Assembly: GCA_009602735.1 (NCBI GenBank)
Contig: WELA01002985.1
Coordinates: 509,527-544,784 of the forward strand
Length of the DNA stretch: 35,258 bases
Reading direction: 5' to 3'
Source: Mesotaenium endlicherianum
Taxonomy: Eukaryota
The notes under the pieces are model-generated. The model saw only the letters and a program-made list of their open reading frames with translations. It had not been told where the DNA came from and searched no databases. Shown piece after piece: positions 35,184-35,258 of the stretch. Position 1 is the first letter of the stretch; each line of letters opens with the position of its first letter. The translations under genes and the position numbers were made by a program.

Positions 35184-35258
35184 TGTAGTGATTTGAGTTA
35201 TTATATATTAGTTTGCATATATTTTGATGTTTTCAAATATATTTGGAGTAGTATTGTG
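35184..35258 (+). mobile_element. Start of a third family-B LTR (runs off the window)
   Basis: TGTAGTGATTTGAGTTATTATATATTAG..., as at 5059 and 6128. No PPT precedes it, so it is a 5' or solo LTR. Confidence 0.93.

Overview
Eukaryotic, repeat-dense, intron-containing DNA, probably from a streptophyte (plant or charophyte alga). This is inferred from the tRNA-iMet primer sites, the chromovirus, GT-AG introns and CG/CHG-type decay. No intact host gene is visible. (1) 1-8.75 kb holds decayed Ty3/Gypsy material: a minus-strand gag-protease with 5' LTR, PBS and a -1 frameshift signal; a plus-strand chromovirus integrase with two 3' LTR ends; and a solo LTR with a 5-bp TSD. (2) About 9.2-25.7 kb is a GC-rich block carrying TWO tandem, co-oriented, spliced, paralogous tyrosine-recombinase (YR) genes on the minus strand, both with QSxR in place of the usual HxxR and with no RT/RNaseH nearby. 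This is the most interesting feature: a candidate two-recombinase Crypton-like DNA element, now pseudogenised. A 5,012-bp apparently exact duplication inside it (12828-17839 = 18348-23359) is bounded by single Ns and is most likely an assembly artefact. (3) 25.85-35.26 kb has ~1.07-kb inverted repeat arms around microsatellites, a 464-bp TRIM-like element and an array of diverged repeats in alternating orientation, and ends in a third chromovirus LTR. Exon boundaries and identities were read by eye and are approximate.
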